Positions 26,175 to 38,315 of a DNA stretch of 64,000 nt are shown here, in pieces. The DNA comes from Octopus bimaculoides (taxonomy: Eukaryota). The first letter of the stretch is position 1, and every line of letters begins with the position of its first letter. Location: positions 36,562,548 through 36,626,547 of the forward strand of contig NC_069003.1 in NCBI RefSeq assembly GCF_001194135.2. The letters are read 5' to 3'. Made by a program: the position numbers and the translations under genes. Under the pieces are notes generated by a model that was not told the DNA's origin, did not search any database, and worked only from the letters and a program-made list of their open reading frames with translations.

Positions 26175-26590
26175 TACAAAACCTGAAATTTTGAGGGAGG
26201 GGGCTAGTCGACTACATCGACCTCAGTGCTTGACTAGATCTTATCTTATCGACCCTGAAAAAATGAAAAGCAAAGTCAACCTTGAAAGAATTTGAACTCA
26301 GAATATAAAGATGGACAAAGTGCCACTAAGCATTTTGTCCAATGTGATAATAATAATAATAATAATGGTTTCAAATTTTGCCACAAGGGCAGCAATTTTG
26401 GGGGAAGGGGCAGGTTGATTAAATTGACCCCAGTGTTCATCTGGTATTTATTTTATCAACCCCGAAAGGATGAAAGGCAAAGTCGACTTCAGTGGAATTT
26501 GAACTCAGAAAGTAGCAGCAGACAAAATACCGTTAAGCATTTCATCTGGTGTGTTAATGAATCTGCCAGCTCACTGCCTTATCCAATGTA
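26175..26590 (-). mobile_element. Two tandem SINE family B copies separated by (AAT)n
   Basis: Copies at ~26175-26340 and ~26365-26585, with (AAT)n tracts at ~26347-26365 and ~26589-26609. Confidence 0.8.
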
Positions 26591-26895
26591 ATAATAATAA
26601 TAATAATAAAACCTGAACGTAGATGCTGGAAATAGAAACAATTACTATAATAAAAGATGCTTTGGAAATTATCAAAAGACCTGCAGACAATGACATAACC
26701 AAAACCCCAGGGTTTATAGATACGTATAACAGATAAAAAAAATAGCACAGCAAGGTACCACACACATATTCCATGTAGGGTACTTTCAATACAGTAAAAA
26801 TAACAAAACTAAAACAAAACACTGCACATAGCCAAGGCAGACAAAACTGTGCTTGGTAGCGCAGGGAAAATAGAAAATAGAATAAAAAATTCTGC

Positions 26896-26929
<34 letters not shown>

Positions 26930-27309
26930 GTATTGTAGAAATAAGAATTTACAAATTCAGTTGATTTAGATAAATTTCAGACACATAAGATGGAGAAATA
27001 TACACAAGTGGGTAATTATTTTAAAGAGGGTGTTTACTAAGAAAAAACAAAGAAAGAAATAATGCTTCACTTCATCTCCCGGGATAACTTATTGTCAGCT
27101 AAAAACATGACACGTTCCACAATGTTAGGTCGCAATGATAACAAAATATGCGATGACTAAACATCTGTCGGTGTTCAAGAAAGAAAGAAAAAAGGAAATA
27201 AGGGATTTGGCAGAAGTTGACAAAATACCAAAACAGGGGAAGTTTTAGATTAAGGTTTCTTTTTGTGAGTTTTTATCTTAATCAGATGATAAACAAGAAG
27301 CGCATATCT

Positions 27310-27470
27310 TATCTTTTATTTGTTTCGGTTATTGGACTGTGGCCATGCTGGGGCACCGCTTTGAAGAGTTTTAGTCAAACAAATCGACCCCAGGACTTAT
27401 TTAGCGATGATGGGAGACAAACACAAACATGTATGTGTGTGTATGTGTGTTGTTATTATCCCTCATTTAA
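27310..27470 (-). mobile_element. SINE family A, tail part
   Basis: ttgtttcggttattggactgtggccatgctggggcaccgc...aaatcgaccccagg. Confidence 0.7.
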
Positions 27471-27559
27471 GGTCTGTCTTTGATGGTGGCATGGGTTGGG
27501 CAATTGGACAAGAGCTGATAGGCCAGAGGACAGCACCAAGCTCCACTGTTATTTTTTTT

Positions 27560-27740
27560 GGTATGTTTGGTGTGAAAGTGCCACGTGTTGTTGTTGGTGA
27601 AGGATTCAATTGACAGAGGAAGAGCTGGATCAGAACAAGAGACAAGAGAAGACATAGAAGTGAGATCAGGTTTGAAGATGTTGTGCTCAAAATAGAAATG
27701 CTGAAAGACAAAGACGAGTGGCAAGAAACTTGTTTAAGGA
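27560..27740 (+). mobile_element. Decayed RTE LINE 3' end
   Basis: GRPRKTW-EV / KDKDEW-like remnants. Confidence 0.4.
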
Positions 27741-28884
27741 AAAACATCCAACTGATGATAATAGCATGAAATAAATAAAATAAAAGGACATTAAAACATG
27801 CATGATGATGATGATGATGATGATGATGATTGTACGTGGTTACTTGGTGACCTTGCTATTGCTGGTGCCACATAAAATGTACTTAATACACTTAGTAAAG
27901 TGGTTGGTATTAAGAAGAGCCGGCAGCAGGAGAAACCAGGTCAAAACAGACCCTGGTGCTCAACGCAGTCCCCGTTGCCTGCCAGGTCCTGTCAAACTGT
28001 GTGGTCCATGCTAGCATGGAAAATAGGCTTTGAATGATGATGATGATGATGATGGTAGTGATGATGAGTGGTGCTCAATATTTAGCAATATAGGCAAAAA
28101 GTCCACACATATCCACACATGTGAAATAGCAGCTCAATTAGTAAGAAGCCAGAATGAAGCTTCGTTGGTTTTACTTGATGTTTTGTCAGGCTCAAGTTAC
28201 ATACATTTTGTTTTTTGTAAGTTGATATAATAAATACAACATACAATAATATACTTAAGTAAATAGCAAAGGAGTTGAATGACAGAAACAAATTGAAATT
28301 TAGTTATTGTCAATATTTTCTGTTCACAGCTAAATCAGCAATCATAGGAACATTCATACTTCTTTTCCTTCGTCTACTGAACAAGCAAACAGAAACACAC
28401 ACACACACACGATTTCAAAATGATTTTTCCAAATGTTTTACTTCTTTGTTGAATCGGATTTTCAGTAAGTTAGTAACATAGCTGTAATATTTATGATGTA
28501 AAAGAGATGGCAGTAGCTACAGTAGTAGTAGGAATGGTTTATATATATATATATATNNNNNNNNNNNNNNNNNNNNNNNNNNNNNNNNNNNNNNNNNNNN
28601 NNNNNNNNNNNNNNNNNNNNNNNNNNNNNNNNNNNNNNNNNNNNNNNNNNNNNNNNNNNNNNNTATATATATATATATATATATATATATGAATGAAACT
28701 ATTTCAGCATTTGTTTGTTTATGACTATGAAGAACTGTTCTTTAATTCACACCATTGCTTTATTACAGGAATTTCTTCAACAGTGATTTATGGTGTTATT
28801 GGTAAAAATATAAGAAATTGCATGAAGAAAGTAAAGAAAGCAAACGAGAATATTTGGGACATAATTCTTGGATGAAAAATCATG

Positions 28885-29290
28885 TCTTTTATCTTAACTT
28901 GCTTTAGTCATAGGATTGTGGCCATGCAGGAGCAATACTTTAAAGGGTTTTAGTCAAACAAATCAACTCCTGTATTTACTTTTTATGTGTGGTACTTATA
29001 TTGATCTCTTCTCACAAATTGCTAAGTTATGAGGACGTAAACAAATTAAAACACTGGTTGTCATGTAATGATGGTGGTGTTGGGGGTGGGAGACAAGCAC
29101 AAAGGCACACACACACCCACATATATGACAGGCTTCCATGCAGTTTCTGTCTACCAAATTCAGTCAGAATGCATTGGTTGGCCTGGGGTAATAGTAGAAG
29201 ATACTTGTCCAATGTGCTGCACAGTGGGACTGAATCTCAAGCCACATGGTTGCCAAGTGACCGTCTTGACCACACAGCTATGTCTGCACT
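28885..29290 (-). mobile_element. SINE family A, near full length
   Basis: Same head, body and tail motifs in reverse. Confidence 0.8.
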
Positions 29291-30785
29291 TAGCAATGCC
29301 AGCGTCTATGTCCAATAAATCTTCAAAATGGTAAGATTACTTTCTGTTCAATGCAAATATGGCAGCAGCAGCAGCAGAGAAAGAAATTAATATGTTTTCT
29401 GAATCAACCCCAGAATCAATGGCAAAAAAAAGAAGAAAAAAACTTTTGAAAAATGAGAAAGAGAAGGAAGAGAGAAAAACATTGAAGAGGAAGAAGAAGG
29501 AGAGAGAAGAGGAGTAAATATGAAAATGAAAGCGGAGATTGAGAAGCAGGAAGAGCAAAAGGAAGAAAGGGAAGTGTAGGGTATGGTTGGAGGGGTTATT
29601 GGGGAAACTGAAGAAGACTGAGTGTGTGTGTGTGTGTCTACATCAGTGTGTGGGATATGTGAGGGTGTATTTGTGTGTGAGTGTGTGTGTAGAGGATGAT
29701 GGTGAGAGTATGTCTTTGTGTGGGTGAGAATATAGATGTATGCATGAGAGAGAAAGAAAATAAACGTGTGTGTGTGTGAGTACAGTATAAGGAAAATAAC
29801 ACAAACAAAATGAAAAGAAAATGAAAAGACTGAATGAAACTAAACATATTTCCTGAACACAGAACAGGAGTAACAAGAAGAAACCAATGTTGAAGTAACA
29901 TTGGAGAAGCAGAATTATGAAGTCTTTTTACATTTAGTTTCAGTTAAACTCACCAGGGGAAAAAAAAAAACCTTTTCATCGTTATATATAACATTTCAAC
30001 ATATTTTACATCAAATAATTGTTATAGGAGGTCATTAGTAATCGAGGGGCGGGGATATGTGTAGGGCAGAGTCAGGGGGTTAGCCATTGAAACTAATTGG
30101 AGCATCGTAATCTTTCCAATAGAGATTATTGTATAGAACACCTGCTGCTGACAGATTCTTAAGGAGTAGGTGAAGGTCTTCTAGAACTGAAAAAATTATA
30201 AGAATCCTCAGAAAAGTTCCGCAATGAAACAATGGTCAGGTTGCAAAATTCCACAGAAGTCTCATTTAAAATTAACTCTAAACAATAAAATAGAAGTTGT
30301 TGTATTTGGGGATGGTCATATTGCCAGTTTAGCCAAAATATATAAACAGAATAAAATAGAAATTTCTCATCTAATTGTGCCAAATGGTTAAGTTCACTTT
30401 GCAACCATGAGGATCCAGTTTCAAGCCTGCTGAGTGGTATCTTAGGCAAGTATAATATTGTAAGGCCTCAGTTCAACTTACACCTTGGGGAGATGGAGAC
30501 TGTATGAAAGCCCAATGCATGGATTGTAATTGAAATGACAGAACCTTGTAACACAATGTGTCAGATTGATTCTGCCTGAGAATACCATTACAAGTACACA
30601 TGAATCTGTGGAATACTCAACCAGTTTACATGTTCATTTAATGAACCTGGTTATTCAGGAGATCAAACAACCAAACACTGAGAGTCATAAATTCCGGCTG
30701 AGATTCATTTATTTTTAGAAATGCTTAAAGAGAAAAAAACACATTACATTATTACACGTGTTTATGTCTGGGTTCTTGTCAGGCA

Positions 30786-30830
<45 letters not shown>

Positions 30831-30948
30831 GTGAGTGTTTGGTATTTCCAATTTTACACCAACAAATTTCACTGTTTTCTGTACTAAAAATAATCAAATC
30901 AGATTTAAGGGTTTCAATGAAAGAGGATTATGTAATACTGTTACTAAG

Positions 30949-31045
30949 AACACAATGTTAATCAATTTTGGCCCTTTAATCCTGATTTAATCCCATAACA
31001 CAATGTTAATCAACTTTGGTCCTTTAATCCTAATTTAATCCCATA
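30949..31045. repeat. 48-bp tandem duplication
   Basis: aacacaatgttaatcaa(t/c)tttgg(c/t)cctttaatcct(g/a)atttaatcccat, two copies. Confidence 0.9.
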
Positions 31046-31247
31046 ATCTGTAGTTAAAATGCTTCTTTGTCTTTATTTTTTGTAAATCTTATTTTTTCCC
31101 GAGATTTTGTTAATAAATTTCTAAAAACTCACAGCTGTACCCTTTCAATCCAAACTTAAACAGGTAAAAGTCTTAAAAAGTAGCTTAGGATTCACATAAG
31201 CCACCTAAATTGTATGTTTTTAATAAAAATTTTAAAAAAATATATCT

Positions 31248-31492
31248 TTTATCGTTTACTTGTTTCAGTCATTAGACTGTGGCCATGCTGGGGCATGAAG
31301 ATTTATAGTCAAATGAATTGACCTCACTCCTTTTCTTTTTTTAATTTTTTAGCCTGGTACTTATTCTATCAGTTTCTTTTGCTGGACCACTAAGTTATGG
31401 GGACATAAACACATCAACACCAGTTGTCAAGCGGTGGTAATGGTGGGAAACAAACACACACAAACACACACACACACTGTATACATACATAC

Positions 31493-31576
<84 letters not shown>

Positions 31577-31734
31577 AGCTTCTTTTAGTTTCCATCTCCA
31601 AAATCCACTCATAAGACTTTGGCCAGCCCAAGCTATAGTAGAAGACACTTGCCCAAGGTGCCACACAGTGAGACTGAACCTAGGACCATGCGGTTGAGAA
31701 GCAAAATCTTACCATACAGCCACACCTACGCCTA
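31248..31734 (-). mobile_element. SINE family A, near full length
   Basis: Reverse complement of the 45563 copy with an expanded (TA)n. Confidence 0.85.
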
Positions 31735-32275
31735 TATGGTTAGTTTAACTATAAATAAAGGAATCAGAGGAAGGAGTCTCATAAATTGATGAGTCAGAGA
31801 TGAAGGTTTTCATCTACTGACTCCACAGTCCTTATATTAACTTCCTAACGAGGTGCTGTGTTGCTGTTGTGTGGTGCTTAATGAGTTACACTGTTGTGCT
31901 TTCATAAAATGTTCAGGAACTCTGAATTGTTATGTTTGACATGGAGAGAGATGTAAATAGCTCAAAGCATTTCATGGCAAGAACAACATAGCTACTACAT
32001 ATGTAAGCAGTAAGAGGAGTATGAGAGAGGGGGGGGAGAAAGAGAGAGAGGGAGAGAGGGAGAGGGAGAGATATACAGGGTTGTATGTATACTTACCAAG
32101 CATAAGACTGTTAAGTGATCTCCACAGAGTTCACTCTCAGTGTCAAGAAACTTACTTGCAGAGTGGCTAGAAGCAATTACAACACAATAGAAGGAAGTGT
32201 TTACTCATTGCAAATAATATTACGCTTCGGATTTCTGGCCAACTACTGTATATCGTTAAGTCTAATTAAAAAAGG

Positions 32276-32311
<36 letters not shown>

Positions 32312-34129
32312 CACACTTTGTTGAAAATATATTTTTAACTTCTCAGTCTTTCATATTTTTTCTTGAATAACATTTCTGAGAAATGGAACAAATTCCCTGA
32401 ACTGACAGATATACCAAACTATCATATTTTTTCATAATCAAAGGAATGGCAAGTGAATTTCCACATACTTTTGCACAAGTTATCACATTAATGTAACTGT
32501 TCACTTGGTAATGGCAGTAATAATCTTTAAACTGTCAGATATTTCTCATAAGAAATAACATCTCCCCAAGCTTAAAAAAAAAGAAGGAAAAATGAAAAAA
32601 AAAGAAAAAGAAAAAAGAAGAAAAACCACCGATGCAGTCACTATTAATGTTTATAATTTTCTGAAACTAGTGACCTCGTCTCTTGTATGGAATACAAATA
32701 ATCCAAAATGCTACAAGATTCTGATGGAATTAAAGTTGTTGTACTCAATATTAGCAAAGTGTAACGACCAAACAACATCCAGGTTAAACTCATTTCTAAA
32801 AGGTCATCAAGCTTAGAATCAAAGCAGTTCATTGGATTTGAACTGCAGAGATCTTTAGTAATCACCTACCTCAACAAACTGGTGGCCTTTTTTTTCCCCT
32901 ACAGCTCCTACAAGGCCATCATCCAAGCTATGTCATCTCTACTGCTGTTGCAGCGACCTCTACTCGCTGGCCTTGGATGGTCATATGTCTTGGAAACCTT
33001 ATAAATTCTATCCAAGACACATGGTTTTCTCTTGAGGAGAAAATAACACTTTTTGCACTCCCTTAATTACTGGTCCTTTTCAAAATCCAAGTAAACTTTA
33101 CAGTCAATTATTATTTTCACCTCTTTCAAACTATATTGAAGATTATATTCCTAAGAAATTCATTTTTCCAAATAAACAAACAACTCCATCTGTCTTGACA
33201 AAGAATCTGCACCTTACTCTGCCCCCCCCCCACTGCCATCTTCTACAAATGTGTTAAAGTTATCAGAACAGTTGTTGTAGTTCCTAAACAAACTGACTAA
33301 CCCTAACCCTATACACTGAAACTCCTCATAATTACACTGTTTCACCCTTCTTTCAACCATGCTGTGTCTCACTGCTGACTGACTCTATACTCCAAGCAGA
33401 ACATGGCTGATTCACCATGAAATAGTCCTGCCAAGCACTTTAACTGCACCAATTTAAAATATTCCTTCATCCTTCATCCTTCTGTTGTAACTGGGATGTA
33501 GCGACTGTGGAATATGACCCCTTCATCTCACATGAAATGATGTACAAAAATGTGCGTATGTGTGTGTGAAAGAGAGAAAGAAAGAATGTGTGAGTACCAC
33601 GTGTGTGGGGATGTGTATGTGTCTGTATGTGTGTGCAAATGGGTGTCTGTACATGCGTTACTGTGTTAATGCGTATGTGTGTAGATGTGTGTGAGTTGAA
33701 AATTCAACCTTCTTGTACCGATGGAATCAACTTTTGATGTTGTTAGTTATTTCTTCTCAAAATATAATCTGCAACATATTGTATGCTTCTAGTTTTTGGC
33801 TCCATTTCTCATTAGGCTATTTATGCATGAACATATGCTCAGACAAGGACTGAACTCACAACTTTTTATTGTATGCACACTTCTGGCACTTTTATTCACC
33901 ATGCTACACACATAAGTGGAAACGTACTGTTAGTATATTGTGATTCAAATAGAGATACTTGGGTTCAATCTCAGACCAAGAATATGAAATATTCATGGCA
34001 CTTCCTGACGACAAACAAAAACTAAAATTATCCAAATGAAAGAAAAACTAGAAACATAAAGTGAAGAATGTCTCTGAAAATTCCATGGAACTAAAAAAAA
34101 AACCCCCGGAATCTCAAAAATTAGGCATA

Positions 34130-34315
34130 GACACAGGTTGGCTGTGAGGTTAAGAAGTTTGTTTGCAACCATTTGATTTAGGGTTCAGCCCCACTATGTG
34201 GCACCTTGGGCAAGTGTCTTATACAATAGCCCTGGGCTGGTGAATGGATTTGGTAGAAGGAAATTGTGAGGAATCTCATTGTGTGTGCGTGTGCATGTGT
34301 GTGTGTGTGTGGGGT
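34130..34315 (+). mobile_element. SINE family A, 5' part
   Basis: ggctgtgaggttaagaag...ggcaccttgggcaagtgtc. Confidence 0.75.
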
Positions 34316-34550
34316 TATGTTTCCTTGTCTTCTTGACATCATGTGAGTGTTGTAAATTAACGTCATTCATTTCTAAATTTCTAATATGTTGCAAAAACAT
34401 GTCTGGTCACAGGGATATATCACCTTACTTGGAAACTGATGAGGGCTGGCAACAGAAAGGACGTCTGGTCATTGAAAATCTGTCTTAATAAACCCTGTCT
34501 GACCGATGCAAGCTTGGGAAAGTGGACTTTAAATGATGATGATGATGGTG

Positions 34551-34582
<32 letters not shown>

Positions 34583-34889
34583 GATGATGATGACTAGTCT
34601 GATTTACAAACAAGATTTGAGAGCTAATTGATAGCCAAAATGCAAATAAAATAAAAAAAGAATACCCACCAATCAATAATTGAGAATTTAGAAATGATCT
34701 GTTTTTCAGATATAATATCTGGAATTCATAAATGTTTGGAAGAAAGAAATCGAAGCTGACATTAATATTTGCAATGTTTAAAACATGAAGATATGAAAGC
34801 ATTAGTTTCCAAATAAAGACAAAATGTAATCAGTGTCTGTAGAGTGTAATGGGGTAGAAAATTAGGGTTGTAAGGGTTAGGAAATTAGG

Positions 34890-35195
34890 GTTGCTGTAGC
34901 TCAGTGGTTAGGGTGTTGCCCTCACAATCTAGTGATCACAGGTTCAATTTCCAGACTGAGTGGCATGTTGTGTTCTTTAGCAAATCACCTCATTTTACAG
35001 TGTTCCAGTCTACTCAGCTGTAAATGGGGTCACCCTCCAATGGAGCAGCCTTCCAGCCAGGAGGCAATGTTGGCCTGCTCCTTCTAGCCAGTGCGGTGGC
35101 GTCATTTGATGGCTAAAACAATGCAAAAGCGCATTGTGACCAGCAATGTAGAACAGCATCTGAAAGTTTGATCAATCACATGATCATGTGATGTG
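34890..35195 (+). mobile_element. tRNA-derived SINE family C
   Basis: A box tagctcagtgg, B box ggttcaatttcc, followed by a non-tRNA body; a related diverged copy lies at ~49205-49390. Confidence 0.7.
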
Positions 35196-36747
35196 AATAA
35201 GTAGATCTAATCGCCAGCAGGAATTTAGGCTTTCAAAAGTTTCAAATCACACAAAAATAACAAAAAAAAAAAGAAAGAAAAAGAAAAAAAAGAAAAAGAA
35301 AAAAAAGAAAAGAGAAAAAAAAAACTACAATCAAGTCTTTGTTTAGTTTTGGTTCCATCATAGAAATCATGATTGGAAAGTATGTTCCCAGTTTTCTAAA
35401 CCACTAGAAAAATGTTTAACTCTATCAAGTAGATACTTGTGTGTGTGTGTGTGTGTGTGTGTGGCTTCCAAGTGCACTCAGTAGCAAAAGCACTCTATAA
35501 AATACTCTACATAAATAACAACCCATCCCTACTCAAGTCATCCTGCCACTGCAACATGAAAAATAACCAAGAGCTTCCTGTCCTCATTGCTATTAACAAT
35601 GTGGAACAATTCAGAAGCAACAGTTGGGACTATCTCGGCTATGGAGGGACACAATCACCTGGTATTTGCTCCTTGAGAGTATCCACAACAATTGTTCATG
35701 AATGCATGTTTATAATAAAAATGGTACATCATAGCAAATGGTTTTCAAAGACAGACAACAGGCGTGAGAAAAAGAATTAAGAAATTAATCCAATAGAAAC
35801 AAGTAACAGGCGTGATGCCCCCTTTGTGCCCTGATGATTTGGTAAGGTTACTTTTAGCATTATCAGGAAAAGCTGCTTGTTCTAGCAGCAATCATTTCTG
35901 TGAGGTTGCATTTTTATCAAAGAATTTATTACCAGAATAGCAACAGATGCCCCTCAGTTGTTACACTGAACAAAACTAAAATTAATTGAAACAGTTGTCC
36001 CACTTGGAGTCGCCTATCTTTCATTTAGCAATATTTCATTATGGAACCTCTCTGTAGCTTTCTTTTCAATGTTACCAACAGGGAATTGTGTCAGTGTTAT
36101 TCCTGACACAATTCTCTTCAATAACAATGCCTTGGGAACCAGTATACTTCACATCTCCCATTCTCACAGCACCAAATATCTGTAAAACCCCTACACCCAG
36201 TAGCTTTCCCTTCTAAACAAACCTGGTGCCTTATTTTCTTCCTATTTTCCTGAATTCTTCAACCCATTAGAAGACAATCATTTAGATGTAATGGAAGATA
36301 AAAGAAAGAAATTAAAACAGAAGGAATGAAGACTCTGCAAATGATTGACCAGCTCTGAGGGTAGAGTAAAGAGAGAGATAGTGCCATAAGATTTAAGATA
36401 CTTAGATGGAGTGAAAGGAAATCCAAAGATGGAAACATGGGAACGTCCAGGGATGTTAAAGTGATGTGTAATAGATTTTGGCAATCCATGGCAACTGAGT
36501 TGCATGTCCAACAAAGATTTCTTGAATTGATTGGTTAACCTTTGATAAAGTTGACATTTTGATGACAATGCTGTTTAATAAGTTTTACTTGAATAAAATT
36601 CTTCAGACATTGCCCAAATAACAACTACCTTTACTGGCACAAAAATTAAAAGTCATGAACTTGTTGTGACCTTTAATCTCTACATCTGATTTACATAGAT
36701 ATTGAGTGCTGTCTACTTTGTAAGACCAGCTGCAAATTAGAATATCT

Positions 36748-36935
36748 ACATCATCATCATCATCATTTAATGTCCATTTTCCATGCTGGCATCAGTAGGA
36801 TGGTTTGACAGGAAATGGCAAGGCTGGAGAGCTGCGCCAGGCTCCATTGCCTGTTTTGGCACAGTTCCTTACAGCATGATGTCCTTCCTAATGTCAACCA
36901 CTTTACAGAGTGTACGGGGTGCTTTCTATATGGTA
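36748..36935 (-). mobile_element. RTE-tail short repeat ending in (GAT)n (representative copy)
   Basis: catcatcatcatttaatgtccattttccatgctggc...cttcctaatgtcaacc. Other copies at ~3925-4130, 14796-14915, 17085-17240, 39110-39310, 40790-41030, 49680-49860 and 62715-62960, and in opposite orientation at 27790-28050 and 34420-34592. Confidence 0.75.
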
Positions 36936-37192
36936 CTAGCTTACACACACACACATACACGAAAGGAAGTTCCTTTCTCAATAAACCTTTATTTATTATC
37001 CAGAGAGACAATTTCTATCATACAATTGCTTTCCTCCAGCCCCAGAGTCCAAGGAAAGCCCCATCAACCCTAATAAACCTATGAGAAATAACTTTTACTG
37101 CCTAAAAACTACCTTGTACTGTCAGCTTATTTGTAAACATAGTAATAATGTTTTATTATGTATCTGTTGAGGAAGGAGAGAGCATGATGCTA

Positions 37193-37230
37193 TAATAATA
37201 ATAATAATAATAATAGTAGTAGTAGTAGTA

Positions 37231-37269
<39 letters not shown>
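37193..37269. repeat. (AAT)n/(AGT)n microsatellite
   Basis: Direct reading. Confidence 0.95.
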
Positions 37270-38098
37270 GAGAATTAAATCCAGAGGATAGTTTTTTTAG
37301 CAGTGGTTGGTAGANNNNNNNNNNGGTAGACCTCATCAGTCCACCTCCTCCTCCTCCTCCTCTTTGTCATAGTCCTCTCATTGTTGGTAAACAGCAAGGG
37401 GGGGGGGTGAATCGTTGCCTTATCTGTCAGCTGTTAGCAGCTTACATGACAGGCAAACTTGTAGCTTGTGAAATAAGAGAAGTGTAAGCTATTTGAACAT
37501 CTATTCCAGTCAGGCAGACCAGTATCAGTCTCTTCTACTCCATGTTCCCAACAACCAAATTCTTTAATTACATTCATTGCTATGTCATCATTCCCCACTG
37601 GGAAATAAATCGACAAACAGCTACAAATAATCACCAGTTTCTTTTTTGTTTTGCTTGTTTGTTTTTGGCTTTATTAGATGTCAGAAGCATCGAGAAGGGG
37701 GGAGGGAAGGAAAGTCCAAACAGACAGACAGAAGAATAACATGTAGTATTAAAGCAAAAATTTCTTTTGAGGAGAAGGAAAAAATATTGAAATATAATCA
37801 TAGAACGGGGCAAGACTGACATACATTCTAAACACTGTTGCTGAAGTATTTCAAAATGAATTAAGGGAATCTAGATGTGGAGTGCATGAAGAGGGAAAAA
37901 ATAAAGAAAACATTTATTTAATAAAAGCAATCAAGAAGCAAAAAAGAAATTTCTTCTGTAAACGTATGAGAGACAAAAAAAATTTGAAATGTTTGAATTT
38001 AATAAACAGCAACAGGGAGGAATAAGTGAGAAATTGAGATTTCTAAATTGTTAATGATTTTGCATGCAGAATAATAAAAGAGATTTGGAAAATGTAAG

Positions 38099-38315
38099 GG
38101 AATGGCTAGCTGTGCGCTTAAGAAGTTCAGTTGACAATCAAATGGTTTGGGTTCAGTCCCATCGCATGGCACCTTGGGCAAGTGTCTTCTACTATAATCC
38201 CATGTCAATCATTGCAAGTGGATTTGATAGATGGAAAATGAAAGGTGGCTGTTTCCTAACCACATCGTTCAAGGTTCAGTCCCACTGTGCAGCACCTTAG
38301 GCAAGTATCTTTGAC
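38099..38315 (+). mobile_element. SINE family A, 5' part with duplicated head segment
   Basis: ggttcagtccca...gcaccttgggcaagtgtc occurs twice (~38150 and ~38273). Confidence 0.7.

Noticed and set aside
33295-34895. CCCTAA/TTAGGG hexamers at ~33297 and ~34862-34891
   Set aside because: Only two or three scattered units; not an interstitial telomere array.
34897-34970. tRNA-like A and B boxes (also ~16525-16610 minus, and SINE A heads)
   Set aside because: No complete cloverleaf or acceptor stem, and each continues into a SINE body or decayed sequence; not tRNA genes.
35700-36600. Unique-looking region with 76-113 aa ORFs
   Set aside because: No recognisable motif, stops in all frames over the region, and no convincing splice pair.
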